From NCBI GenBank assembly GCA_000697335.1, contig JNEM01011801.1, positions 1 to 53,060 of the forward strand: a stretch of 53,060 bases of DNA. The letters are read 5' to 3'. The notes beneath the pieces are model-generated. The model was not told where the DNA came from. It saw only the letters and a program-made list of their open reading frames with translations, and did not search any database. The first letter of the stretch is position 1. Each line of letters begins with the position of its first letter. Source of the stretch: Conidiobolus incongruus B7586 (taxonomy: Eukaryota). This document shows, one piece after another, positions 24,991 to 38,699 of this stretch. The position numbers and the translations under genes were made by a program.

Positions 24991-25849
24991 AATTAATGTT
25001 ATATTATATATTATTTTTTTTCAATCACAGAAAATTCCCATTATTTAAATTAAAGAATAATATTAACCATTTTATTTTAAATTATAAATTATTAATTGAT
25101 CTATAAATTATACTAAATAAAACAATAATATCATAAATATTCAGATAAAAGTAAATATGATTGAATGTTATCTAATATTATCTGATATTATTGTTTATTG
25201 AAAAAACTTAACAAATACTAGTTTAATAATGTTTTAAAATAAATAATTTGTAAAATCTACATAATATATATTAAAATTGATCGAATATATTATTAAATAA
25301 TTAATGATATACATTTATTTTAATAAGTAAATTTAATATATAAATGATATATATTTTATATAATGATATGATTATTAGATTATTTTATATAATTAATAGG
25401 AATTTATAATATATTAATCATCATTATTCAAAAAGTAAAAATTTGTTATCAAGTTAATATTTGTAAAATATGAATATCATAAATATTTTCATAAAATACC
25501 TATTAATATATAAACAATATATAATATAATATAATATGTTTATTATTATGATTCCAAAATGATTATTTTTTAGAGTATTTATTTAAGATCAATAGAAATT
25601 AATATTAAATATATTGTATTATTTTTTTATGAATTCATTTAACTATGTACGAGATCAAGGGCTATATAAATTTAATACTGGTATTATTAATTTATGATCT
25701 ATCAATTTATTCATATATTGATAACATTGAAGTATTTATTAAAAAAATATTTAATTTATAAATATTAATTAATTGAGGTTCGGAAAAACTATTGATATGC
25801 AATATATAGGATGTGATATCTACTATTGATGTTTGGGATTTAATATGAG

Positions 25850-26356
25850 TCAGTAAGTATCATTAGCATGGTCGTAATCATTATCATGGTAGTGAGCGCT
25901 ATTGTTGTGATTATGGTGGTTGCCGTTGTAATAATCATTATGATGGTCATCATAATAATCATTGTAATGGTCATTGCGGTGGTGGTCGTTATAGTTGACA
26001 TTGTAATGATCGTTATAGTGGTCATTATAATGGCTATTGTAATGGTCATTATAGTGGTTATTATAGTGATCATCATGGTATTCTCCATGGAACCTATTGT
26101 GATGGCCAACCTTATATCCATTATAATGGTCATTATAATAGTCATTGTCATAATCATCATGGTATCCATTATGAAGACCGTGACGAGGATAACCCATTCC
26201 AAATCCATAATTCTTCAATAGCTGGTGTTTAACAAGATTCCTACCATGCCTATGGTCATATCCCCGGTTATAGTCACTGTAAGCATAATCTTTACCAGGT
26301 AATGGCGATCCTACAACAGAAGTAATGATAAAGATAAGAGTTTTCAAAGCGAGCAT
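25850..26356 (-). CDS. Small secreted His/Tyr/Asn/Asp-rich protein with (HYND)n-like tetrapeptide repeats
   Basis: 168 aa: MLALKTLIF signal, SPLP, RNLVKHQLLKNY..YPRHGLHNG (paralogous to 4983), DHYNNHYNDHYNSHYNDHYNDHYN, ending in Y. Confidence 0.9.
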   Translation of the reverse strand: MLALKTLIFIITSVVGSPLPGKDYAYSDYNRGYDHRHGRNLVKHQLLKNYGFGMGYPRHGLHNGYHDDYDNDYYNDHYNGYKVGHHNRFHGEYHDDHYNNHYNDHYNSHYNDHYNDHYNVNYNDHHRNDHYNDYYDDHHNDYYNGNHHNHNNSAHYHDNDYDHANDTY

Positions 26357-26611
26357 TTTAAATAATATAGATTAGTTTATATTTTATTAATTACTAAATT
26401 GATACCTAATAGCAAATTATTAATCATCCTTATATATAAATTTCAGGCAAATATTAAGATTTTAAAATATGGAAAAATTCTTAGAAAATATCATAGTCAA
26501 AGAAATTTATGGATCATCATTTGTCAAGTTATCAACCGAAAATCAAATTTTTAGGAGCGAATTTTCATTGAATTAACGTATTGAATGATATTGATTGAAT
26601 TAGAGTGAAAT

Positions 26612-26641
26612 TTTCTCCAAATTCTAGTACTCCTGATAGTT
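26612..26641 (-). promoter_or_regulatory. Conserved upstream element AACTATCAGGAG...TTGGAGAAA (minus strand)
   Basis: Reverse complement of the 4683/5941 motif, 285 nt upstream of the minus-strand ATG at 26356. Confidence 0.7.
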
Positions 26642-28334
26642 CAATTTGAGTAGATTAAAATGTTAATTCATTGTTAAAGTCAATCAATTAATTGAAATAG
26701 TAAATTGATGAATAACTAATTGAAAATAATACAGTTGATTTTTTAGAGCATTTAAATCAATTTGAATTAATAATTTATAATTATAAATATCCAATTTTCC
26801 TTTGAACTACTATAATACAATTTCAGTTACAATCAATGATAAATAGAATTTAATATCATTAATTTTTTGATATTAACTTGGTATATGAAATATATTTATA
26901 GATAATTCTCTACTGGAATTCACTTATTATAGTATCAATGTTTATTATAATATTTTATGATTTATTTGATTTAATTATAGACTATATTGCAAAAATATCA
27001 ATTAAATAATATTTGTCATATGGTGTCAAATTATCATATTAATGAATTTGATAATAATTGATACCAAATATATAGTAAATTAAATTTACTACACTTGATT
27101 TATAAATGTATCAAATAAAAATAATGATAATTAATATATATTCAATATATTATCATTGGAAATAACATATCAAATAAATTTGTTTATGTACATCTTGATA
27201 ATATATATTACTTTGACAACTGGAAATGTGGAAGGAAATAGGCTTATAATGCTTAAACAGAGAATTAGCAGCTGTAAACAAGTGCTTAACACAAAGTTAT
27301 TCGAAATTAATGATTTTCACCAAATAAGGAGAAAATAATTTACTTTAAATTGGGCTTTTCGAATAAGGTAAATATCTCATGCTGGCCACAGTTCAATACT
27401 TTTTGGGAGTGTTAAGAGTAGACTTAAAGTCAATATACTTTTTGAATGAAGATAATTAGATGATAATCCTATTTTAAATACTACTATTGACTTTTATGGA
27501 TAAGACCAAGTCTCTCAGAAAATGCCAGAAGCAACCAGTTTATAAAGGGGTGACTCCCAAAGTGACTTCTCAAATCAGTGTGGTAATTGTAGTTCTTTGA
27601 GTGATTAACAAGAGTATTCCCTATTAACTTTATCATAATAATAGTTTTATTCTTTAGATTTGATTTAATACAAATGAATCATGGAATTTTAAATCCAAAT
27701 TGTAAATTGATCATTGAAAAGATTAGTGAAGTATTAGTCAAGTAAATATCAATAAACGCTAAATTATAAAAATCAATCAAAATCTTTTTAGTAGTATTAA
27801 ATAATTTCTTTTTCTTTATATATATAATACTTTAATATTAATGAATAATGAAATTTTTTGTAATAAAGGATATTTAATGAAAAACAATTAAAATCAATTG
27901 ATTGATTCAAAGGATGTCAAAGATTAAAAATTTTGTCAATTAAAATTTATTAATCAATATAAAATTGACGTATAAGTTTTAAAGATTATTAAAAAATAAT
28001 TCAATGGAAAGATGAATTTTGATTTTGAACAATATTAGTGCAATAAATTAATCGAATATTATATTATATAATCAGAAATTGAATCAATTGTTTGATATGA
28101 TTTGAAATATAGGTTTTTATTCGTTATATAAATTATAAAATTTGACTGGTCACTTCAATCAAAAAAGAGTACTTGATATTAGTACAATGGTAAGAATCAT
28201 ATATTTCAGAATTTTAATAAATTTTACATCCCATAATTAAAACCCCCCACCTTTTAAATAATAAATATATACTGACAATGGTGACATATACGAAATTGGA
28301 CAAACCTCAAAATCTTAATAATACTTAATAACCA

Positions 28335-30379
28335 ATGAATCGACAACCTCACAAATCACCAGACACTGGCTTAAATAGAAGAATAAGTATCAACAGTCTG
28401 GGAAGTAGACCAAACTCTCAGATTGGTTATAGAAGTAATGATATCAATGATTTAATATTTAATTAGAATTTAATTGTTTAAAATAGGTAGATTAACAGAA
28501 GTGAATAACTTTAGAAAGTTTAGTGTATTAGCCCAAAGGTATTTCTCCAATACAAAAATTGAACGAAAGTTAATTAATTCTAAATTAGTAAGAGACAATC
28601 TACTATCAATGACATAACCATTACTTCGATAGAGACTGAGAGTTTAAAAGACACGAGACCACTAAATCGTAAATCCTATCAAACGCAGTGTATAGGAGAA
28701 TTGATATCATATTTGAAGAGTCAAAACTATATGGTAGACATTCAAAGGAAAGATTTGAATCCTGCTAGTAATAAAGACTTTCAAGATATTTTCAAGTTTT
28801 TATATTCGAAGATTGATAATCAGTACGTATTCAGGAGGAGATTTGAAGAAGAGGTACCGATTTTGCTGAATCAATTGATGTATCCAGGTGCAAGTGCAAT
28901 TAATAAGAGTCACTTGTCTACTGTTGGCACTCAGCACAAATGGCCGACCCTCTTGGGTGTTTTGCACTGGCTCATGCGATTGGCCCAAAGTCTCGAAGCG
29001 ATTGAAGTGTCCAAAGAAACTGAAAATACTGTGACATACGACGATCCCGCATTTAACGACATTGCTTATTGTCAATACGCTCAGCACCGATTCAGCAGCA
29101 CGCTTCAAGGCGTGGATGAAGCCGAAGCTATCGAAAATGCCGAAACTGTCTTGCATAACCTTTTGGATCAAAAATTCGATATTTACGATCAAGAGAATCA
29201 ACAATTGGAAGCGGAAATTGAAGACTTGACTAATCAACTCAACGATGAGAAGGCTAAACCCAATTTGAGGAGCTGTTTGGATCAGTTGAAAACCGAAAGG
29301 GACCGCAGTGAACAATTCAAAAACTACTTAATCAAGAATACAGAGTATAAGCAGCGATACTTACAAGATGAGAAGGATAGGAATATCGAGTACGACAAGT
29401 TAGAGGCGGATATTGCGGATCTGAAGGATCAAGTGGCACATTTGGAGCATACTATTGAGAATCAGGAGCTTTCTCAAGCTGAAATTCAGCATTTGATCAA
29501 TGAGAGAATTAATCTGTTAACTGAGTTGGAAACCCTCAAAATGACTGAAAGAACCCTAGAAGCTGAAATTGAACAGTTGGAGGAGGAGAGAAAGATCAAG
29601 GCTAATGACATCGTTGTCGAATTGAAGCGATACAATCAATTGCTAGTAGACTGCGGTCTAGTTGACGATCAAGACGAACCCATTCAGGTTACACTCGACG
29701 TGAATGCCGAACAACGTGCAAATATGCTCAACTACGAACCTATTAGGGATCTCGAGCCCAAGCTTCATCAATTAATAGAGTCCTACAACCAACGCCAAGT
29801 AGAAACAAAAACACGATCCGTAGAAATTCAGACTGAGATCCAAGCGATGCAGATGGAGTTAGAGGATTTGGAATTCCGCAAGGAGCAAGCGAAGCGCGAG
29901 CTCAAGCAGAAGGAAGATGAGTACAAGGATGAGAAGGAACGTCACGAGAATCAGATGAAGAGTTTGCAGGATCAAATCAATGCAATTCACTTGAAAATGA
30001 AGCAACTTCAGCCTAAGACTAAGGCAGATGTTTTGAGCGCTCAGGGCGAGTTGAATAAGATTAAAAATGAGTAAGTTTTTGCAATTTGTATAAACTAATA
30101 ATGAATTAACCATTTCTCCCCTATAGTGTCGCCAAGCTCCAACGAGAACTGGACTTCCGTCTAACTCACCTCACGAATCAATTCAAGTCGGCGAACGAGC
30201 AGATTCGGTCCCAGAACGACAAGATCAAGCAGAATTTATTGGCTTACAAAACTGCAGTGTCGGAGGAGTGGGAGTACACGAGTCGCCAGGCTGAACGCAT
30301 CAATCAAACCGACGCATTCGAGGATGTCCCCCTCATTACACCGTACAAGAAGAGGAAAATCGAATTGGAATTATCTTAA
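28335..30379 (+). CDS. NDC80: Kinetochore protein Ndc80/HEC1 (exons 28335-28434, 28487-28538, 28589-30070, 30127-30379)
   Basis: Basic N-tail. KDTRPLNRKSYQ..I..LISYL and KDFQDIFKFLY..FEEEVP.LL..LMYP..I.KS.L..VG..H.WP..LG.L.WL form the Ndc80 CH domain, followed by a long coiled coil. Introns restore the frame. Confidence 0.95.
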
Positions 30380-30769
30380 TATCTGCTTGGATTTAATATT
30401 GAATTAACATGAGTTTTTATTTCACCTCCGAGTCGATTACAATTTTTTATAAAAATAAATTTGCTCATTAGTTATTTAGTAATAAATGTTATTACCAATT
30501 ATTAGATTAGATTAATTTTAAAAAATTATTAATTTTGGGATTGTTTTTTTGGAGAAAATATAAAATCATAATAATAATTAATTTAATTATCCCAATATCA
30601 ATAAGCTATCAATGATATTTTAATAATTAAAGTATATAATTTCAGCATAAAACTATAATGAAATAAAATAAAAAATATTAGTACAAAAATTAAATAATCA
30701 CACAATTTTAAAATTAATAATAAATATATATCATTAATATATGGAATATAAATTAATACTCTATTTTAT

Positions 30770-31760
30770 TTTTAAAAACTCTTTATTATACTTTTCACAA
30801 GCTTTTAACACTTAAAAACAATATTTTTATTAAAGATTAAAATTTGATATTTTAAAAACTAATTTTTTTATTGGGTATTAATTTTCCTGTAAATTTATTT
30901 TTTAATTCTTTATAACAATTATAATCATATAGGTTATAATCTAATGAATATACTAGATATATTAATTTTAATTTTAATTTTTTTATACAAAATCTTTTAT
31001 GGTTTTAGCTTTATATATTTTAAAATTATTATATAAAATAATAAATAGTTTTAATTTATAATAAGGATATTAATTATATATCATTTTTTTAAAAAATAAT
31101 ATAATATTTACTCTTAATTAATTTACTTTTAAACTTAAATAAGAACAATATATATTATTATAATCTATTATTATAATTAATATTTATATAATAATAAAAT
31201 ATTTGATTATTAGAATTTATAAAGGGGATTATTTGAATTTAATATTTTTTTTGTTTTTAACTAAAGAACTATATATAAAATTTAAGATTTATTAATTATT
31301 ATAATTTAATATAAAACTTTTGTTTTTGGTTATATCTTATTTAATTTAGTTTTTTTCTAAGCTTTTGCTAAATAATATGGTATTTAATTTATATTTTTAT
31401 CAATTTTACTAAGTTCAAATTTTAAAATAAATATTATATTTTTATAGCTAATATTATATTACTTTAATAATCCTTTAATTATAATAATAAGGTATTATTG
31501 AATATATCTTAAAATTTTATTAATAAATAAATTATATTAATAATAATGATTAATATCATAAATTATGGAATTTTTAAATAAAATCCTTGTTAATTTTAAT
31601 ACAATAAACCTAATAATAAAAAATTATTTTAGATAAAATAATAATTTATAGGTTATTTACAATTGTCAAATAATTTTAAGAGTTTATGATTAAACTTAAT
31701 TATATCAATATAATATATTTTTAATAATCATTAGTTAATTAAATTATAATGAAATTTAAA
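30770..31760 (-). mobile_element. Hypermutated mariner transposase relic, family 2 copy B (bounds approximate)
   Basis: Reverse complement aligns with copies A and D. Minus-strand translation LIYLVYSLDYNLYDY at ~30920-30965. Confidence 0.7.
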
Positions 31761-33850
31761 TTTAAATTTTTAAATCAAAATATTTTAATGAAAAATAATA
31801 ATATATGGATATATATATAATATAAAGATATATCGTTATCTATTTATTTTGTATATCGTTATTCTTTTAAAGGCTATAATAATATGAAAAATAAGAAATT
31901 AAAAGATTTAAAATTTCTTTTTGTTTATAATAATAACCCTAGTGAAATTGGAATTTAATAAAATCAAAAATAATTATATAAATAAATAATTAATAATTTT
32001 ACCAAGGATCAAATCTAAAATCTCTTGATATATATCCAAGCACTTTATTCATTTAGCCATAGAGTCTTACTCTTTATAATACTCAAGAATAATTTTTAAA
32101 AATATTTTAAATTACTTAATAAAGTTGGAATTTTCTGAACCATATAAAATATGAAAATTGGCTATATAGATTTTAGTTTAGTTTTTATAAATTAATTAAT
32201 TTTCAATGATTTACCAATCTTGATTGAAATGTCGTTTTATTTTAAAATATTCAATTATCAGTATTATTACAGATAGTTATTTATTTAATCACTGTAAATA
32301 AAATTATTATTAATATTCAAATTAATATCCTGAAATCTTATTTCAAAAAAGATTTTTCTATTGATAATAATGGTAGTCTCATTGGTAAGATAATGAAAGA
32401 TAATTTTCAATTAAATATTGGCTTTGAACTATATTTCAAAGGTTAGTCATATCTCAAAAATATATAAAGATTTTTAATCAATATCAAGGAGTATATTTAA
32501 TAAATTTTATGTAAGCACTTGATAATTTCCTAATTATTTATAAAAAACTATTAAAAAAGATGATAAATATAATAATAATACACAAAAACAATGATTATGA
32601 TAATACAAGATTGTTACTTATGATAAATCATAGGTATTATATTTATTTTATTTTATCAACAAAATATAGATTAAATATAACCAATTTGTACAAATTTTTT
32701 CTATATTTAAACAATTATAAAAATAGAAGTATAATTTGAATTATAGCTATATTTTATTCAAATAGTAACAAATATAGAGAATAGACATAAATAAAATATT
32801 ATTTACAATATATATCAAGGATAATATAAGCAAATGGCGTTTATTTTACCTTATTCAAAGGTTTAATTTTGTATATAATATCAAATTCCTTTCACAAAAC
32901 TTGTCAAAGACTATTAAATCATAGCCATGGATGGGCTTTACAACCATATCCACAACACTTTTCATATATAAGTCCTTGGGAATTCCAGAATTTTATACTA
33001 TTAGAGAGCCTTATTTGGAAAAACAAATTATTTCTTAATAATATTAATACAAAATTTAATATGGCGATTAAATTTCATATAAAGCACACAAATTACATTA
33101 GGGTTAAATAAGTTTTAAAAGTTTGGAAACATACTATGTCAAATAAACAAAATTTATAGTATATTTATATAAAGATAATTTTATTAAACTTTATTAAATA
33201 AAATTCAAACATAATTGTTAATATTATTTTCAAAAATTTATAACACAATTTAATAATGAAATTCAAAAACAAAAATAATTCAATTTTTAATCAAATTATA
33301 TATTAACATTCTTTTATTTTATTATTAAAATTTTTATCTTGCAATTTTCAATATTTTATTTTTAATTATTTTTAATTAATCGATTATTTATATATCATCA
33401 TTATTAAATGATAATATTTAAATTAAAATATTTAAAAAATAATCTTTAATATATTGAATTTTAATTAAATGAATATTATAACAAATTACCAATTATGTTA
33501 GTTCGATCATTCGGTTAAAATGTTAAGACATATATTTCTAATTTTACAATATCAAATATATTGGACAGTTTATAATCATTAAAGAAATAAAAATTTAATT
33601 ACATTATATTTTTTAGAAATAAATATCAGAATTTAAATCAAAAATGATTAAATATATCCTATTTGATAAAATAATGTTGGAATCATACAAATTGTATGGC
33701 TGTAAAAGAAATATATAGAACTCATCTTACATATTAATTGACAATTGGCTTTTCAGTTCAAATTAATAATTAGAAATTAATACAAATTGTTATGTAGTTA
33801 GAGAATTTATAAGAATTTGAATAATAAAAAAGATAATTATAAAAACCAAT

Positions 33851-35316
33851 TTAAATGAATTTCCACTTTTCGCAGTCTTGACATCCCTCTTCGTAAGAGC
33901 AATAGATGGGATTATCTTCGTCACCATCTGCCCAAGGCTCTAGGATGTTATTGATGACATTTGGAAGTCTATGGTGAATAAGAGAGCTGGACCAGTGCTT
34001 ATTCTTAATGGTGTCGAAAGTGCACTTGAGTCCTGTGTGACATTTGCTATCCATGCCATAGCCTCCGAGGTAGCACAGCGACATTTTCCCATTGCTAATA
34101 AATTCATTTAATAATAAATTTTATAGGAATAAAAGTAAGAACATTACCATGTTCCAGTGTAAATAGGGTCAGCATTATTGCCAATGTGAACTATTGGAGG
34201 ACCGTTGCGAGAATCGTAATCTTTGGTTAAATTCGCCCTCTGTGCATATAATAAATCACCAGGTGCTTCAAATGTGTATGCAGGTAGGTCTGTGGTAAGT
34301 GCCATTAAAGATGCTAGTGCGCCTCCCAGTGAATGTCCGGTGAATGAGATCTTTGATTTGGGATACTTTTGAATGAGGGCGTTATAGATAAGCTATAAAA
34401 AATTAAAAGTTAGCATGTTAATGAGAAAATACAAATAATTAAGATATTACCATAGCTCCGTGATAGTAAGTAGTCTCGCTTACTGCATGTTCCTCCAAAC
34501 AAGATTGCTTACAGATATTGATACCCCTACCACAACTGCAAACAGGTCGCCAATTACCACTAATTGCTCCGCAACAGCACGAGAACATAATGTTATCCTA
34601 TAACATTGTCAATATCAGATTTTTAATTTTTTTTTGAATAATTACCATTTTGCGATCATTTCTACCTATTGGACTCAATAAACTTTTACCAAATCCCAGA
34701 AAGTTGAAAGTAGTACCCTTAATAGCCACAATTAATTTAGTATTGTCTTGGTTGCCAAATACATAGCCACGAATGCGATCTTCATCCCAACCGAAAGAAG
34801 CGTTCTAAATCATTCATTTAACATAAAACATTAGTATTTGATTATAAATATATTTACCACATGCCATCCTGGATCCAAATCCTTCCATGGTTTTTTAGGT
34901 TGAGGATTGTAAGCATGACCTGCCATCTTTGCTAAATTCAAAATTGTCCTACGATGTTCCAAACTCAGATTTGATTCTTTCATTAGCATACTTTTGGAAT
35001 TCTCAAGGGACTTCAGGGTGCTAGAATCTGACCAAATACTCTCCTCATTAATTTTGTATATAGAATTTGCATCACTAATTTGGGTATCAGAATCGTCTAA
35101 TTCCAAAATTGAAAGTATTGAGTTAGAACTTTTTCCAGGTAATTTAGTGACTTTCACGTCTGGTTCGTGATATCCCAACTGAATAATACTCTTAAGTTGA
35201 AATGGCACACTTGCTTCGCCAACTTCAACTTGATTGGGGAAGTGGTACTGTCTGTCACTCGCTACCAATCCCCAATAATTGATTAACCAATTTAAATTAA
35301 ATATTAAATATTTCAT
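33851..35316 (-). CDS. ATG15: Atg15-like autophagy lipase (class 3 lipase), multi-exon
   Basis: LNLAKMAGHAY, FGWDEDRIRGYVF, VAIKGT, DNIMFSCCCG, lipase motif TGHSLGG, TFEAPGD, HIGNNADPIYTG, GGYGMDSKCHTG and C-terminal CQDCEKW. Confidence 0.9.
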
Positions 35317-35857
35317 TCAATTATCAATAATTCTATAACTTTATTCTTTATTTTTTTTAGGATTTTTTTACAAAAATATTTTAAGGAAAAACAAGTCACT
35401 TATCCAAGATTTATTTTATATTTCACATTTATATTAAATTGAGGGAAATTTATTAATTGGATGGATATTATAATAAATTTGTGTGAAATTGATTTGTTAA
35501 ATTTCGATCTTAAGATTTTAGCAATGGTATGATTTCATAATTATTGAATTAATAAATGAATTAATTTTTATGAGTGTTAGTTAGGTTTTAAGAATGAGTG
35601 AGATTTGTTTCAAAATCAATTGAAAAAAATATGTGATGAGAGTTGTGAATAATATATTAATATACAAATATGAAAAATAAAAAAAATAGAATGAAATAAA
35701 AAAATAATTAAAGTATATAATTTTAAAATGAAATAATATTTTATTAATAAAAGAAAATGAATAGATATTATTGAATTATTATCAAACTTATGTGAAAATG
35801 TCTGTAAATTTGGTAATTTTGAATTTTGGTTATTTGCTATTTTGATTTATTAATTAA

Positions 35858-35930
35858 GGTTCCATGGCCAAATGGATAAGGCGCTTGACTACGGATCAAG
35901 AGATTCCAGGTTCGATCCCTGGTGGAATCG
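35858..35930 (+). tRNA. tRNA-Arg (anticodon ACG)
   Basis: GGTTCCA/TGGAATC acceptor stem, D arm with TGG, anticodon arm CTTGA-CT ACG GA-TCAAG, T arm CCAGG-TTCGATC-CCTGG. 73 nt, followed by a T-run Pol III terminator. Confidence 0.97.
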
Positions 35931-37035
35931 TTTTTCCTTTTTGATAATTTTATGCCACTCATTATAATCCATCAAATTCTTTTTAATTTTGACCATTATT
36001 TTAAAAATACTTTGAATTTCAAATCAACTTTAAATTTTCTCTAATGTACTTACTTGTATTATATTTTAAGTTAATCTAACAAGTAATTTACATAATATAT
36101 ATATTTATTCATTTTAAATCATTAATTACAACTTTTTAATATAATACTTGCAATCTTATTCTATATATATATGTCGAGTTTTATGATTCGAGACTTAATT
36201 TTTATAATTTTAAATCGTTTGTTACTATAAGAGGTTAAATTTCGTTATTATATCTTACTACAAAAGATAATGGTTTAGTTGATTCAATAATTTTTGGTTC
36301 AAAATAAAAAAAAATCAAAATATTTCAATAAATTATTTAATTTTATTAAAATGTTTATTATTGTGATATATTTATGTTAATATAAGCACCTTCCAGTAAA
36401 CCTTTTTGTTATTGTAGAATTTGTACTAAAAAGAAAATCAAATGAATGAATCGATAAGCCCAAGTAACAGTTAATAATGTTTGATGTTTTACAGAATATA
36501 TTGCATATATTCAATAATATCGCTTTATAAAAAAACTTTACTAGTACAAATTCGAGCCCAAGAATACTTGATATAATCATGATACATTATATCCAAAGAT
36601 ATTTTTTAAGTTTCTCAACAATTTTATAATTAAAAATTCTATTAAACTTATCAATTTATTATAAATAGAAAAAAAATATATAATAAAAATATTAAATAAT
36701 AAAATAAAAATAATTTTTTTTAGTGGTAATCATTTCTCAATACAGCTTTGAAATTTGATGATTTAATCAATTTTGGGGTAAATTATTAATACAAATTACA
36801 AAAAAATTGAACAATCAGAAATTGGAGCAGATGGGGTATTGTGATAAATTGGTCAATATTCAAGGTGTTAATTTGCAAATTTGTAGATTTTGTTATAATT
36901 GATGTATTGCTTGGATGGAGATAGGGAAGTTCGATTTCTTGTAATGATTGTGATAATATAGTATATAAACACTGAGGTAGACATTGAAATTCAATAACAC
37001 TAATAATAATAATAATAATCAATATATTAATCACA

Positions 37036-37281
37036 ATGGTTTCATTCAAATCCCTTATCTTTATCCTTGGATTTATTGTTGCCGTTCCAGTTTCCGAATC
37101 TGAAAATGCTGAATTGGCCACTGAATCAGAAGAAAACTTCTTCAACAATGGCTGGGGCCTCAATAACTGGGGTCATCACGGTGGTAACTACTACCGACGC
37201 CAATGGGGATGGGGCTTCCCTGGAAACAACTACTATAGAAGACAATGGGGCTGGGGACACCACGGTGGCAATTACTATTAA
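37036..37281 (+). CDS. KEP-type precursor: QWGWGFPGNNYY and QWGWGHHGGNYY
   Basis: Signal peptide, ..ATESEENFF pro-region, and two RR-delimited 12-mers ending NYY-stop. Confidence 0.93.
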   Translation: MVSFKSLIFILGFIVAVPVSESENAELATESEENFFNNGWGLNNWGHHGGNYYRRQWGWGFPGNNYYRRQWGWGHHGGNYY

Positions 37282-38699
37282 ATCAATTTATTTTTTCAAA
37301 CTAAACCTTAATAATTTTTTAATAAAAAATAATGTTATATTTTTAATGTCAAATATATATTATTAAACCTAAATTTTAATCTATAGACTAATGAATATTC
37401 TTTATTAAATAAAAATTATTATAATTCCATCTGTTGTAAATTTCCACTATTTACAGTTCCAAAGATTTTGTTACAGTGAATATTGAAATCTGATTTTGTA
37501 TCATTGAAAGTCATCTTTAGTCTGCAAAAATTAAGATTTAAAGAAATGTTGATCAAAGTAATATGCAAAATAAAGAAACTCCCCCTTATTTCATCAAATT
37601 TTCTTCCCTTTTATATTTTAAGGATTTTTCCATTACTAACTCATTTGTTATCCTTAATATAATAACATCTTTTAATAAGAACACTCATGACCTTGAAATT
37701 CACACACTCAACATCATCTATGCATGTTTATACTGAATATATATCTATAATATGGGTATGACCATAATAATTTATCTGACATGAATATTTTCATGTAAAT
37801 TTTAAGAGATATTACCAACAATTTACTTATATTTCTAAAATTTAAGTAACTATTTTAGATGAATTGGGTTATACAAATAAAGTTAGAATACTTGTATTAG
37901 AATTGTAGATTTTGAGATAAAACTTGGTATTTATAAATACTAAATCATTATTCAAAGCTCACTAGATTATATTTATTTCTCTTATAATATTTTCGATATT
38001 CAATATTTAGTGTTTGCTATAAAAAATCAATAACAATCATTATATTAATATATCTTAATATTTAATGCATTACATATTACAAGGATATTTTAGGTTCATT
38101 TTATAATTCACTTTTATTAAAAATTTCTATTTAATATTATCGGGTTAGAATTTCCGATAAGATAGTATTGATTTATTATTAAAAAAGGATTTATATTTGA
38201 ATAACTTAATACAAATCATTAAAATTATATTAAATTCATAATTTATATCGATTTCACAATCTATAATAGTCAAATAATGCCATTTTTTATTTAAACATAT
38301 AATTTAAAAATATTTTAATGAAGTGATTAAAACTTTGAGTAAAAATAATATGAATGCATTATTATTTTGAATCAAAATAATATATATGGATTATCAATAA
38401 GAATAAATTTCAATAAATAATTTTAAAAATATACTAAATATATTAAATTGGATAGAACTAATGCATTAGTATTGAAAACTTGAATAATTCTGACATATTC
38501 AATGTATACTCCATATAAAATATAAAAATTGTAATCAAATTAATTAACAAAAGGGATAGTCAAAGTTTGATATATCATCATATTATCAATACATTTCAAA
38601 TTAATATTATTCTTACAATACTAGTTAGTAAACTCAAATCCCCAAATATTTTAAGATTCACGATAATTGAAATTGGAGGTGGAATGATAATGCATCGAA

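Noticed and set aside
27156..27620. Moderately GC-richer patch that looks like decayed coding sequence
   Set aside because: Multiple stops in the frames I read and no recognisable motif. It cannot be assigned without a database search.
28800..30113. Antisense ORFs within NDC80
   Set aside because: Shadow ORFs of a coiled-coil gene with biased codons.
33851..35316. ATG15, NDC80 and DLIC as functional parts of the peptide cluster
   Set aside because: These are conserved housekeeping genes with no mechanistic link to the peptides. They most simply mark the ancestral chromosome into which the peptide family expanded.
35858..35930. tRNA-Arg(ACG) next to genes whose RR sites are often AGA-CGT
   Set aside because: tRNAs act in trans and are dispersed in fungal genomes, so adjacency is most likely coincidence.
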